Shown: positions 11,583-25,175 of the stretch, in pieces
Numbering within the stretch: the stretch's first letter is position 1
Layout: every line of letters begins with the position of its first letter
Assembly: GCA_028023455.1 (NCBI GenBank)
Contig: JAQFVV010000005.1
Span: forward strand, 19,964,001 to 20,028,000
Length of the DNA: 64,000 bases
Source: Epiperipatus broadwayi
Lineage: Eukaryota > Animalia > Onychophora
Direction of reading: 5' to 3'
Translations under genes and position numbers: made by a program
Notes under the pieces: generated by a model
Database searches by the model: none
What the model saw: the letters and a program-made list of their open reading frames with translations, nothing else
Told to the model about the DNA's origin: nothing

Positions 11583-13500
11583 TGTAATGGGCACAAATGC
11601 TGTTACATTATTATAAATAAAATTAAAAATAAAAAGTTCGCAAATAAAAACTTTAAGAATTAAAAATTGAAAATTAAAAGTCATCTAAACTCGTATATAA
11701 ATAAAATCGTACAGATGAAAAATTATTAAAAGAAAAAGTTTTCAAACTAAATTTTAAGAAAAATATATATATATCTTTAAGAATATACAATAATTTAGTT
11801 AATGCTATTATGTAAAATAGAAATGATTATTTTTAATTAGTCAAAAGTAAACTAACCCTTGGGCATCACAAAATTTATAATTAAAGGTCAGATAGGAGAG
11901 AAAAACATTAGGAACAGAATAGACAATAAAAGAAATCCCTTTGGAAATGGACCTCAGCGAAAGAATAATCATCATGTTGAGTTAATCCACAATTTTATTA
12001 TAAAATTGAAAAGGTCAAATAAATTAATAGGGTGTGGTATATGTGTTAGTGCTGGGAGAGTTGAAGGAGAAGGGATTGAAAAGACAGACTTTCAATCCCT
12101 TTAGTTTTCCCAAAAGAAAGAAAAAGTGGAAGTATCGTTTTCCTATATTGTGGACACCGGGGTCCTGTGATAAGATCCTGCAAAGCTATACCAAGTAGAG
12201 CAAAGGACCTCTGGATAAATACAAACAGAATGGCAACAGCATACCTGTCTCCTCCAGAACGTGGAAATTAACGCTGGACCCAAATTACAAGCAACTAGAA
12301 ACTATGGACTTTTCTCTTTTAAAACCATAAGAACTTTATCTAACTAATGAACTTTAACTATAAAACTGTCCCAGTATTTAAATAAAAATAGAAATTTCTA
12401 TCTGACCAAACTAAATCATTTATTAATAATTATTTTTATTGAATGTATTTTTTTTTAATCATTTTCATTAATTTATTTTTTCCATTCTTTTAAGTGTTTA
12501 TCATGTTTTTTTCCCCACATTAAGCTAAAACTTTTAATTAAATTATGTTAAATTTAAGTCGGCGTAAATGGCTGCATAGATTCGTAAAGTTATGTTAGTT
12601 TAAGGGAGGGTAAATCTTAGGTTATTTGTTTCACAGTTAAATTGGGTCTCAATGGATTGTATGGGTGTAATTAGTAAATGTAGCATGAAGGTCCGCTATG
12701 TGCAGGATCACCTTATACACCGCACTTGGGCAAAATGAGACCCATTTCTTACTGACCATTGGAAGCAGACGGTATTCCCTGCTCCTTGGATCACCCCTTT
12801 AGCCTATGGAATGGGATAGTAAGATGGCAAAAAGGGCTGCAATTCCTTCCTATGGAGTTTAAATTTTTTATAGTTCTTCTCGCCAGACAGACAAAATATT
12901 CCTGTACTGGATGAGAGAGATTTCTTTTCGATAACCATGCTGTTCAGATATATATTTCTGACAGTGCGGTATTGTGCTGTCATATTCGTGCTGCATTGAC
13001 TACATCGATATATCAGGTAGATTGGCGTTAGTTTGATTGCGAACTTATGGCCTAGGGTTAAATAAGGAATATAGATTTTTTTTTTCGAGTGCAATCTGTG
13101 TAGTCTATCCATACTTGACACTTTAATAAAATATTAATAATTCATTTGTACAAACTTTTTAAAAATAAAAAGTTAAAATGTAAAGTAAATTCTAAAGTAA
13201 AAGTTAGACTAAAATAAAATAATTCTGAATTTTATATATGTGCAAAATAAATGTTTCTGTGTATAGTTAATCTGGCAATGGCTTATTCTTATTTTTTTTT
13301 ATTATCTTTCTTTCTTTAAAAATAAAGTATATATTATCTCTGCTGTTCCACGAGCTAGTACTGGGGCTAACAGTCTATAACAAAATAAAATTGGATCTTA
13401 ACTTAAGTATCTGCCTACTATATAAATTTTCCAGGTTCGAATGGCCTGGTGGCCCCTTGTACGGCAGATACGCAAGACAAAACACTCCCTGACCGTTATA
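11583..13500 (+). mobile_element. 1918-bp solo-LTR-like insertion (Gypsy-like termini) inside the RTE endonuclease
   Basis: Ends TGTAATG...CGTTATA (consistent with a decayed TGTAACG...CGTTACA); 4-bp TSD ACAT (11579-11582, 13501-13504); removing it restores LDYILTSRKYIIQDCNVLNKFNTGSDHRLVR in frame. Confidence 0.72.
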
Positions 13501-15655
13501 ACATAATTCAAGATTGTAATGTTCTTAATAAATTTAACACAGGAAGTGATCATCGATTAGTAAGATGTAAGATATGTGTTAATGCAAAACTAGAGAGACA
13601 AAAATTATTAAGGAAAACAATATTTACAGTTGATATTCCTCATCTTCAGAAACACTCTAATGAATTTTAAATTAGAACTTATAAATCGGTTTCAAGTATT
13701 AGTAGATTTTGAACATGTTTCAGATTTGAATGAAATTAATATGAAAATAACTGATACACTTTTAAAAACTGCAACAAAGATAGCTGGTAGAAAAAAGCAA
13801 CAATTGACCAATAAAATTTCTGCTGAGAATAGAGAATTTATGAAGAAAAGAAGGAATATGAAGATATACAAAAATGATGCAATTAAAAAGATTGAATACC
13901 TCAAATTCTGTAAAATGGTGTGGAAAAGAGTTGAAAATGATATGAGAAAGTATAACAGTGAACTAGCAAGGAAAGCTGTGGAAGAGAAATGTCTCGAGTT
14001 AAAACAACATTTTGGTATTGGTAGGAAATTTATATCTGTAATAAGGAAAAAAGATGGAACTATTACTAAAAAGAGAGATGACATCATGAAATGGGTAGAA
14101 GACTTCTATCAAGAATTATATAGTAGTAAAAAACAAGTACTTCCTATATCTATTATATCTTCTGAATTGCCCCAAATTTTAAATGAAGAAGTGAGACATG
14201 CAATTAAATTTATGAAAAAAGGAAAAGCTCCAGGTAATGATGGAATTATAATTGATATATTAAAAGAAGCAGGTGAAGAAATAGAATTTTTTTTAGCAAA
14301 GTTATATACCAAATGTCTAAATGTTAAAGATGTACCAGATGATTGGAAGAATGCATTATTAATATTTTAAAAAGGTGATAAAAGAAGATATTGGAAATTA
14401 CAGACCTATCAGCCTTTTATCAGTTTTATACAAAATTTTTACATAGATAATTACAACTTGTCTACAGAGAACATTGGATTTCCACCAACCAAGAGAACAA
14501 GCTGGATTTAAAAGTGGTTTTAGTACAGTAGATCATATCCAGGTATTGAGAGAAGTTATAGAAAGAACAAATGAATATGAGTTGCCATTATGCTTTGGAT
14601 TTGTAGATTATGAAAAGGCATTTGATTCTATAAACATTTCTTCAGTGATTAAAGCATTGGATCATCAAGGTATAGATCCAGGATATTGTCATATTTTAAG
14701 GAATATTTATAAAAATGCAACAGCAACAATTAGATTACATAATGATACTAGGAAAGTCAACATTGAGAAGGGTGTAAGACAGGGTGACTCCATATCTCCA
14801 AAACTTTTTACAGCAGTGCTGCAAGAAGTATTTTGTGGATTAAAATGGAAAGCTAAAGGAGTGAAAGTAAATGGAGATTATTTAAGTCATTTAGATTTTG
14901 CAGATGATGTAGTTGTTTTTGCAAATAATGCTTTAGAGCTGCAGGAAATGTTGCAGGAGTTATCAAAGGAAAGTAGGACTAAAGATAAATGTTAAAAAGA
15001 CTAAAGTAATGTTTAATGGATTTTCTCAAAATATGAAAATAAAGATTGATTATGATGAGTTAGAAGAAGTTAACAGCTACAAATATCTTGGTCAGATTAT
15101 TAATACAGATGGAAACATAATGGATGAAATTAATCATAGAATTAAACTTGGTTGGAGTGCTTTTGGTAGAAATAACTTGATACTAAAAGGAAATATGCCT
15201 ATGTGTTTGAAAAGAAAGGTTTTTAATAAATGTGTTTTACCAGTTCTTACTTATGGATCTGAGACTTGGACACTTAATAGAAGAGCAATACAGAGACTTC
15301 AGACCACTCAAAGAAGTATGGAGAGATGCATGTTACGAGTAACAAGAACAGATCAAAAATGCAATATATGGATAAGAGAATAAACAGGTGTTATTGATCT
15401 CATTGAAAAAGTTTAAAAGACAAGTGGATTTGGGCTGGACATATTGCTGAAAGAGATGAAAATAGATGGACAATTGAAAACTTAAACTGGATTCCAAGAG
15501 ATTGTAAAAGATCCAGAAAGAGACCACATGTGAGATGGATGAAATAAGAAAGTGTGCAAAGGTGATGTGGAGAAGAGAAGCCAAAGATCAGAGATGGTTT
15601 AAACTTGGAGAGACCTTCATTCTACAGTGGATTGGTAATGGTTGATGATGATGAT
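13501..15655 (+). mobile_element. RTE LINE, 3' part (end of endonuclease, reverse transcriptase, (GAT)n tail); pseudogenised
   Basis: SDHRLV, GKAPGNDG, DYEKAFDS, GVRQGDSISPKLF, FADD, YKYLG, YGSETW; TGATGATGATGAT tail at 15643-15655; stops and frameshifts. Confidence 0.95.
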
Positions 15656-15689
15656 ACTTATTCATGTTTGTTTAAATATTTGAAATACA

Positions 15690-16150
15690 GACACTCTTCA
15701 CTTACCTGGAGCCTAATTGTAAATGTAGGGGATTTGAATTTAGACTTTCAAGTACCCTTCAACTATCCAGACTGTCTCATATCACTGATACACATGATCA
15801 CATGCATATAGAAAAGATAAACAATCACCAATATCCGTATTTTGTGCTAAACCAGTACTCATCAATTGGTCCACATTATCATCTCCCATACATATATAAT
15901 CAGTGCTCGGTTTATATTAAGATAGCAAATCTTCATACTTTAATGGACAGGCTTCAATCCATACCAATCTCCAACTCTTCAGCCATTCATTGAAAATCTG
16001 ATGATGGAAAGCCCAAATCCCATGCTGGTGCCAATATTATTGTCATGTTTATGTTGACCTCAAGTCATTCTGACCCCTCATATATAGGACCGGATCCATT
16101 TAAATACATAGAAGAGCGGTGGGCAGGATGCAGACTTAATGTGCAAATAT
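15690..16150 (-). mobile_element. Family B (hammerhead/retrozyme-like) near-full monomer
   Basis: Collinear with 24380-24790 and 38790-39230; decayed hammerhead at ~15823-15877; possible TSD AAATATTTGAAATA (15674-15687, 16145-16158). Confidence 0.85.
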
Positions 16151-17289
16151 TTGAAATATGTTTGTTTATATATATTTCTATATGCGATTATTTGCTTGTA
16201 CAAAATTCAAATAATATTTTTTAAAAATTTCATAGTATAGAAATTAATATGAAAGCATCATATATATGGTATGGGTTCAAATGTGATGCAAAGTTCAAAT
16301 TAGTTAGGAATGCCCAAAATAGTATTTTTTTTTCTTCAAATATTGCCTAAATAAGTGTGGTTATGCAAACCTGTTTAGCTCAAATGCAGCAGAGAGCGGT
16401 AACGAAAGTAGCAAACTCCGTTGTTAAATTAACTACTAAATTCTTGTAAATATGCAAAAATCATTACATGTACATAATTACTTTTAAAGATAGAAATTAA
16501 AATATTTTCTATTATATATTGTGATATTTTGTATCCTGCAGTTGAATCAGATTGTAAATTATGCTTGATGGTTATTAACGAGCTGTCTTGGTTTGGTGGG
16601 GAGGGGGAAATATACTTAATTCTTAGCTACTGTATTGTTTTCTCCACTGTTTGTAGTTTCTTTAATAAGAATAAATTTACATGTAATCCCCCCCCTCCCC
16701 TTTTGATAATAAGAAAGATCTGTTTCACTAGCCATTTTGAAATAATAAAAATAAATACAAACAACATTAATTAGAATTTATGATTAACTTCAGTATAATT
16801 ATCTTATATAATGAAATGAAAAATTGTTTTTTTATATATGCAGAAAAAGGAATTCTTTTGGCGTTTTCATAATATAAAGATATATGCACACACACACCTT
16901 AACAAAAAAACAGCCACTAAGATTAAAATTTAAGGTACTATAAAATGTAGAAATATTAATTAAAGCAATTAAATATTCCTACTCCGATATTTAAATGTAC
17001 GTGATTGGATCAGCAATGATGTATTTTATTATTGATTAAAAAAGAAAATCCCAAGGAGTGGGGGAGGTATGTTAATCTGATTATTTGAGACCAAACAACA
17101 TTCAAGAGAAATCAATCAGCAATTGACTGGTTCCTTGTAGGTTTTCTCAAGCAAGATATGACTTAGAATTATAACTTATTCTATTTTATCCAATATTAAA
17201 TCTATAATAATTTCTAGGAATAACCTTTTTGGAAAACTGTCCGGCATTGCCTGAGGTCTTTACGTATAGCTTACCTAAAGAAAAAGTGA

Positions 17290-17640
17290 TCCACACAAAA
17301 CTTCTGGATATTATCATGAAAATATTACTGGTACCTTCACATTTACTGCTTGGGTTATTTGACTAATCAATGGATGTAGAGCAGCATATTATGGAGAGAC
17401 CCGTGCCAACATTACCATCAGAACATCTCAACATCATTATTTATACAAGAGAGCTCTAAATAATACTGAAAACAAATCCATATTCTTTGAGCACCAAAAA
17501 TCAATAGGCCATGTGTTCGAACCCACTATGGCAAGGGCACTGAACATAATGATGTGAAATGAAAGATTAAGGAGTGTGCTTTATTGTAAATGACAACTAT
17601 GCAATAAACCGAAAAGAATCATACTTTGCAATCTCCGGAA
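17290..17640 (+). mobile_element. Penelope-like GIY-YIG endonuclease relic
   Basis: Translation AYYGETRANITIRTSQH...NKSIFFEHQKSIGHVFE fits the PLE endonuclease pattern YxGET..R..H..S...H...GH.F. Confidence 0.65.
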
Positions 17641-18516
17641 AGTGGTCTTTATGAAAGAAAACTTTGCATAAATTTTGCATAAATTACCGCTAAACTTCAC
17701 TTAAAGTAGGCTATGAATATGGAGACTTAAGTTCTCTGAAAGCGCTCAGCTCAGTCGTATAATTCTTTTCTAATAATAATAAGCGTCACTTTTTTTGTGT
17801 AAAGTGCGATTTAAAACTTACAACTCAAAGGTGAAGTAAAAAACAAGGATTTTATTTCTTTTTATTATATATATATATTACAAGTTAATAAGTAAAAACA
17901 AAATAGAAAGTTTTTTTCCATTAAAAAGAGCAGTGAAGAAAAAATATTTTTAAAAATTAACAAAAAATAAATAAAAAATATCATGAATGTATTCAAAATG
18001 AAGCAAAAAAAAAAAGGGTTAAATAGCAATGCAAAGTAAATTGATGAAAGACAAAACAAAATTGATGTAATGTATAAAATAGAATGTCTAAGGTGTGATA
18101 ATACAAATATATGTAGTGGCAATATAATTAAATTGTTAAATAAAGATGAGAAAAAATGAGACAGGATTATAAAAAGATATGGGCTCTATTAATATTTATA
18201 GATTAAGCTGTGAAGATAAAAAAGATGTATATGAAACTTGGAAACTGTGACAATATATTACAAATGTTTGTACATTAATATAATTGAATGTAGATAATTA
18301 CAAAGTTTTATATCTATTGATGTTAAATTCAGGGAAAATGAGAATGCATGCTTTTCGAAAGAATACATTTTATATGTATAATTAAATGGTTTGTAGCTTG
18401 GGAAATCATATGATACTCAAATCTTGAAAATGACAGAGTTAAGCAGTGATCCATGTATTTTTAGTTCTTGAGTTCACCACTCTGTCATTTACCAAATCAC
18501 ATAGGAATTTATATAG

Positions 18517-18680
18517 TTCATTAAAGTTTGAAGATTGGCTATCTTAATATAAACTGAACACATTATATATATGATCTGGACCTACTGATGAGTGTTGTTT
18601 CAGCACAAAATATGTATATTGGAGATCATTTATCTTTTATGCATACATGTTATCATGTGCATCGGTTGTGTGGAATAGTG
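18517..18680 (+). mobile_element. Family B fragment with hammerhead (18573-18627)
   Basis: GATCTGGACCTA CTGATGA GTGTTG TTT CAGCAC AAAATATGTATA TTGGAGATC. Confidence 0.85.
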
Positions 18681-18951
18681 TCTATAAACTTATTGAATGT
18701 ATTTGTTTGATGTGTATATTTACTTATATAGTTACATATATGTGCCATGAATGAAATATATTTTTTTTATATGTAGAAATATGATTTTTTATATATAAAG
18801 ATACTACCAAATATATATATATGATATAAACAAAGTAAAGTATGAAGCTATTTGAAATATATTTAGTAGTGTTGTTACAAGAACACTATCAATTCCTCTT
18901 GACAATTCTAGGACTGAAACGACAAAAAAGCTATTATTGGATATACTAGAG

Positions 18952-19259
18952 CAGGGGTCTCCAACCCTATGCCCACGGGCACCATGGCACCCACAGACCA
19001 TTTTACATGTGCCCGCCGCTATCCGAACACGATAAAAAATTATTTATCTGATACAAATAAATTTAATTTTTAAGATTTCTTATAAATTATTGTATTATAT
19101 TGTAATCAAATTGTAGATCATACTATACTTTTACAGCATAAAAGGGTCTATCATTAACAATATCCAACCATAAATTTACATTGAAAAAATAAATGGTGCC
19201 CGCCACCTGGCCGTTATTATAGAATGTGCTCTTAAGTGCAAAAAGATTGGGGACCGCTG
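18952..19259. mobile_element. hAT (Charlie/Buster-type) MITE, 308 bp
   Basis: TIRs CAGGGGTCTCCAACCCT / CAGCGGTCCCCAATCTT (reverse complement); perfect 8-bp TSD TACTAGAG. Confidence 0.92.
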
Positions 19260-21648
19260 TACTAGAGCAAAGTACTTTAGCCTAAAGACTATCTGTAGCA
19301 ATTGATGGTTTCCTAACAACACCATTACTAAACATCTTTAGTTATTACATGGAAAGTGTCTCACATCTTATTTTGTTTATTTTGCATAATTTGTACAGCC
19401 ATATAATTTCAATTTTTTGTATTCATGAGTATACATGGGTTTGTGTATGGTAAAGTGTATATGAATTTACATATTATATATTCATTTTTATAATTTGTTA
19501 TAATAATCCTAAACAAAGCCTCATGGCTATCAAAGAGATAAAAATGAAAGAAAAGATTGGAATCTAAATTACTGTGCATCTTAACACATTTATAAATTCA
19601 TGATCACAATGAGTGCAAAGAAGTGATCACATGGAGCTCATGGCAATTAGGTTTTATACAACTTGAGTGACTGAAGATAGCAAGATAAAAAGAAAAAGGA
19701 GGAAAATTAGAAAAATGGCTTAAATAGATCAACATGTATAAAAATTTATATAAATTATTACTAAATCAGATAATAATTGCCAAATTTTAGAAAGTCATAT
19801 CTTGATGTAAGGTTTAACCAAAAAAAATGTTATATAATAATATCAATATCTACAATCAAAGAATTATGGCATAGAAAATGCAATTCTTATTAAGTTTCAA
19901 TTTCTTTTTCCAGATCCAACAATAAAAACAATTGATGCTGCTGTAATCGTTAATAGCCTCAGAACAATCCTTGTTTGTTGTGTTCAAATACTTCATAAAT
20001 AAAATTTAACAATCATTGATGTATATAGATATAGACAAATGTATACAATAAATTACATAGGTAAAGACAAATCTATGGCTCTAGCGACAGTTTGAAGGAT
20101 TTAATAAAGCCATTAGTAATTCTATCTTATAGTTCTAATCTCTACAGGTTTCTGTGTGATATTTTGTTAATACTTATACTGTCATTTAAAAAAATCTATA
20201 TATCAAGTATATTGATAGCTTCAATTTGCAAATGCAGAGTTAATTGCCTCATATTAATAACATATATAAGGTAAGTCAGCATAAATAGTATGTGACATTC
20301 AATTTATATGTATTGTAGTTTTTTGGCAATATTATTGAAACGAGTAGCAATTTAATCTGCCTTTGTAAATTGAATTACAGTTCAATTTGAAGTGAGATTG
20401 TGAAGATCTATTTACTTAAATCTCATGGTTTATAGTATTAGTTTGTTTAGATGTCCATATAATAATTTGGATATATATGAAAGTAATTCATATTCATGTG
20501 TGGCATCAGAACATTGAAGGGCATTTATTTAAATATCATAGTTCATTTTAAAAAGTTTATTTCTTGGATTATATTATATATGATTATAAAAAAAAGCTTG
20601 CTTTTACCTGAAAGAAGTCCTTTGAAAATCCTCTCTCAAACATTAAAAAAATGGATGACTTTGTTATTGCATATGTTTTTAATATAATAGTTATATGTTA
20701 AAATAGACATGAATGGGCTACTCATCAGCTTACACGAGCTAATGTAGTGAGTTTAATAGCTTTATCCTTGATTGTAAAACCAAAAAAATACCTTATATTA
20801 TCTAAGAATTCCTGAGATACTGATTAGGTTTTTTAATGGCTGGATATAAATATATAAAATATTGATTTTTATATTTTCTTCTTATAATAGATAAAAATAA
20901 GTTATGTACCCATATGCTAGAGTCTGTAAATTAGTCAATAAAGGCAGGGATTAGCAACTGAATGCAAAGGGCACTATGAATCACTCTGAATCATGGACTC
21001 GATTGCCATCAAATGAGGATCTTTGATTGTCACTTTTAAATTAAGGAAAATTGCAATAATTGAAAGAACTGTTTGACATTAAATGGTCATTATATTTGAT
21101 TAATTTAGAAGAAAGAATGAAAAGACAATTACAAAATGATCTAGTAGCCCCATAGAACATCAGTTAAAGAGAAGCATATTTACCAGGCATACCAATTGCC
21201 AGAAAGAGTTTGAAGATTTTTTTAAATTCCTCTAGTCAAGAATAGATAGATTCCATTTAAATGACTAATACTGATTAGATTACTGAATTGGTTATTGACT
21301 AGGTAACTGGTGGGAAATTCTAAGTGTGTTTGCAAAAAAAAAAAAAAGTTTACTTTAGCTCAAATTTGAATCTGGATTGGTACACTATTTTAGCACTCTT
21401 TTCTCAAATAGTGCAAGTAGTTGGGATGGAATTCATTATAAATAAATAACAGAAAACAGCCCTTATAAGAATCGGTGATATATCTGATCTTAGTTATTTA
21501 ACTTGATGAATGATTCCAAAGGCATAATTTGTATTTATGCCTTAACAAGTTCTCATCCTTTGAGAAGACCAAGTATTTAATTGGTTTATGTAAGATTTTA
21601 GTATACTTTTTTTTAGCTGTTAGTAATAATACATATGTTAGTACAGAA

Positions 21649-24025
21649 CAGAGGTGGTCAAGCTCTTGGTTAAGCCAAGCCGCTTTTGAAAATTTGAAGT
21701 TGTTCGAGAGCTGCAACTAAATATTAAATAAGGTTATATTATAAATGAACAAATACTAGTTGTATTTGGGTATATTTATTGAACATTGAAATAAATACAT
21801 AAAACTAAATAATATATGTATTAAAAATTGAATATAATAAAAAAAAAATATTTATTTATTATATTTTATTTTTTGTGACAAATTTTTAAAATTCGGTATA
21901 TAATTTATCACACCCGCCCCGCAGCAATTCTTTTAGATGCTGGTTTGTTAGTTTTCGTTTTTTGATAACTTAAGTTGTGCACGATATTTGGATTTTACAA
22001 ATTTCAAACTGAAGTAAAAAGATTCACAGGAATAAGTTGTTCCTAAAATCGAAATAATTCTATAGGCAGCCTTTTTTAATTGTGGGTACTTTGATTCCGG
22101 CACAAATTTCCAGAATTCATTGATCGGTGTTGACTTATATTGTAATAGCAGAGTCTGATCTTCTTTCATTTCTAATAATTCTAAATCCCCAGCTGCTTTT
22201 TCGGTCAGTATTTCATTGGATATGAGAAACCCATCGTGAATGATATCAATAGCAAATGGATTTGCATAAAAAGCAAGAATTGATTTAAAATATTTCATGT
22301 CTTCAAATCTATTATTAAATTCCGTTAATATTTCTTCTACCTTTTCTTGATACTCATTAAGTTTTTCTAATTTAATATCTGCACAGATTTTTTTAAGACG
22401 AGGAAAATGATCCAATGTTTTCTTTTTAATGTCGTTTTGAAAAAGTTGAATTTTTGTTTGGAAACTAAATATGCTCTGATAAAGGTCAGATATTTTATCT
22501 TTCCCTGTAATGTTAAACCGAGTGTTTATAAATGTTGCATGGTATCAGTAAGAAACATCAAATCTTGCAAACATTCATCATCATCCAAATGGGGATATGA
22601 TTTTTCCTTATTTTTCAGAAATATCGTAATCGTTCAAGCAAATCTACAAATCGATATAATACATTGTAACTAGACAGCCATCTACAATATACAGTATAAA
22701 TTAATGCCATTTGGAAGTTCTTCAGCATTTAATTCTTGAAGAAAATTTTTAAACAGACTGCGAGTTTTGCGTTGTAGATTAAATTGAGTGCATTATTTAT
22801 ATCGATACTATGGGTTGATTCTTGAAGTGCCACTAAATCTAATAATTCTTCTTTAACAATTAATTCAAGAGAAACAAAACATATGAAAACGGCCAACTGA
22901 GGGAGGTCTGTGATATCTGTCGATTCATCAAGAGCTAGGCTGAACGCGATATAGTTCTTCAGATCATTTTTTAAATTAACTTCAAGAGATTTATTAATTT
23001 CTGTTATGCATCATTCGATTGTGTGTCTCGATATCGTAATTTGCAAAATAATTTTGTGCGACACTACATTATTTGGATCCAAAATTTTAACTACCTCTTT
23101 TTTAAATAAACTCCCCTTCTCCATACAGGCGTTTTGCACAAGCAATGTTCCAGGAAATTATGAAACTAGCTTCAACAACATTGTCAGATTGAGTTCTAAA
23201 TGCCGACGAAATGGACTGTTGTTTGTTTAAGCTTGATTTTAAAGAAGCAAATTTTTCTGATCTCTATTTTGAATTTTATGGATACTGAGCTGAAAATTGA
23301 GGATGACTGGATTCATGATGATGACATAAATTACCAACTTTATAATTGACGTCTGTGGATTTACAAATAAGACATAATGCCTTTCCCTTATTATCAATAA
23401 AAAAGAAATTTTCTGCCCATTCTCTATTAAAAATTCTGTTTTCATGTTCGTATTTTCTTTTTTTTTTGTTTTTGTTCTCTGTCCCCATATTTTTTTAAAA
23501 AAAACTGAAAATAACAGGAAGCATTTAAGTAAATAACAATTTTGGGTTTATTCTTAACAATATGATAAAAACACATATAATGCTGAAAATATACTGCAAA
23601 AGAAATTACAATCAACTTACCAAAATTTCCGAATACGTACAGAGCACAGTACAAACTGATTGTTTCATGAAAACTTTACAAATTCATAGTGTCAATCAGA
23701 CATGATTTTCATCAATTAAACTTTTGAAGTAAGAAAATTTTCAGGTGTTTTGTACTTTGGCTGTTTTATAATAAGATAGTGAAGCTAGTATATATCCTAT
23801 ATAAAATACTTCAAGGTTATATATATATGAATACATGTCAATATGAGGTCTAAAGAAAATATTTTCTCAATTTTAGTACGTTTAAAAAACGTAAATTTTT
23901 AATTTTTATAAATTATTATTATTTTTCGAACTATCGAGAAGGGACTTAAAATACATGTATCAGGAGCCACAATTAATCTTCTAAAGAGCCACATGAGCTC
24001 GCGAGTTGTAATTCGGCCATGTCTG
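21649..24025 (-). mobile_element. Decayed hAT DNA transposon (SPIN/Buster/GTF2IRD2-like transposase pseudogene, ~23488 to 21948)
   Basis: N-terminus KRKYEHENRIFNREWAENFFF...ALCLIC; C-terminal dimerisation-like FWKFVPESKYPQLKKAA...GTTYSCESF; degenerate TIRs CAGAGGTGGTCAA / CAGACATGGCCGA; TSD GTA(C/T)AGAA. Confidence 0.92.
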
Positions 24026-24303
24026 TATAGAACAATATTTGGAGTGGTAGTTTCTCTTCTATGTTGCTGTCTTAGTGCTATCTCAGAAATTGACCTGATG
24101 GCATTTAGATTCATCCAATATTGATTTTAAGGTAATGTTTTAACCAACTAAGCTATTCTCTTAAAGAGAAGTTAATTGGAGCATCATCTTAGATCAATAT
24201 TCATGAATCTAAAAGTCACAAATACAATTCCCATGCTTGACTGCCACTGATCAAATAAGCAACGCCTGAAGAATGTTGGATATAATACAATGCTATTACT
24301 AAT

Positions 24304-25175
24304 AGTTGATTTGTAATGTTTGATTGAATACAAATATAATTTATATACCCAGATTTATGTAATTGTATAAGGGAATTGAACAGACTTTCTAGCTCTCTTC
24401 AGCTATCCAATCTATCTCATACAACCGATACACATGATCACATGCATGTGTAAAAGATAAATGATCTCCAATGGACCTATTTTGTGCTGAACCAGCTCTC
24501 ATAACTTGGTCCAGATCATCATCCCCCCCATATATACATATATATATAATAATCAGTGAATGGTTTCTATTAAAATACAAATCTTCAAACTTTAATGGAT
24601 AGACTTCAATCTACTTCATCCTCCAACTCTTCAGCCATCCATTTCATTGAAAATCTGATAATGGAATGCCCAAATCCCCCATTGATGCCAACGTTATTGT
24701 CATTGCCATGTTGACCTTAAGTCACTCTGATTCCTCATATATATCCATTTAAATACATAGAAGAGGGATGGGCATGATATAGGACCATTTGAATGGATGT
24801 AGTCCTATATATGAAAGGTCAGGGTGACTTAAGGTAAACATAGGCATGACAGTAATATTGGCATCAATGAGAGATTTGAATATTACATCTCAGATTTTCA
24901 ATGGAGTTGGAGGGTCGATTAGATTGAAGCTTGTCCATTAGAGTTTGAAGATTTGCTATCTTAATACAAACTGAGCACTGATTATATGTGCATGGAAAAT
25001 AATGATCTGGACCAACTGATGAGTGCTGGTTCAGCACAAAATATGTATATTGGAGATCTTTTTTATATATGTGTGTGATCATATGTATCAGTTGTATGAG
25101 GTAAATAGAATAGCTGAAGTGAGATTGAAAGTCTGTTCAAACCCCTTATATAATTACATTACAGTTCATTTGTAA
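24304..25175. mobile_element. Family B head-to-head foldback insertion (minus arm ~24317-24790, plus arm ~24790-25162)
   Basis: Arms are reverse complements and each has a hammerhead (24463-24517 minus; 25004-25058 plus); TSD AGTT(G/C)ATTTGTAA at 24304-24316 and 25163-25175. Confidence 0.9.
25004..25058 (+). ncRNA. Type I hammerhead ribozyme (family B), G12 mutated to A
   Basis: GAUCU GGA CCAA-CUGAUGA-GUGCUG GUU CAGCAC-[A]AA-AUAUGUAU-A/UUGG AGAUC: 6-bp stem II, stem I CCAA:UUGG plus GAUCU:AGAUC, stem III AUA:UAU. Confidence 0.8.

Noticed and set aside
13692-14312. Hydrophobic minus-strand ORFs (also 28188-28650, 57558-57845, 60001-61552)
   Set aside because: They are antisense shadows of A-rich TE coding sequence.
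15985-16025. Opposite-polarity CTGATGA-TGG..CCA motif in family B (also ~24655, ~39056), suggesting a second, ambisense hammerhead
   Set aside because: It is followed by CAAAT/AAT rather than GAAA in every copy, and no stem I/III could be built.
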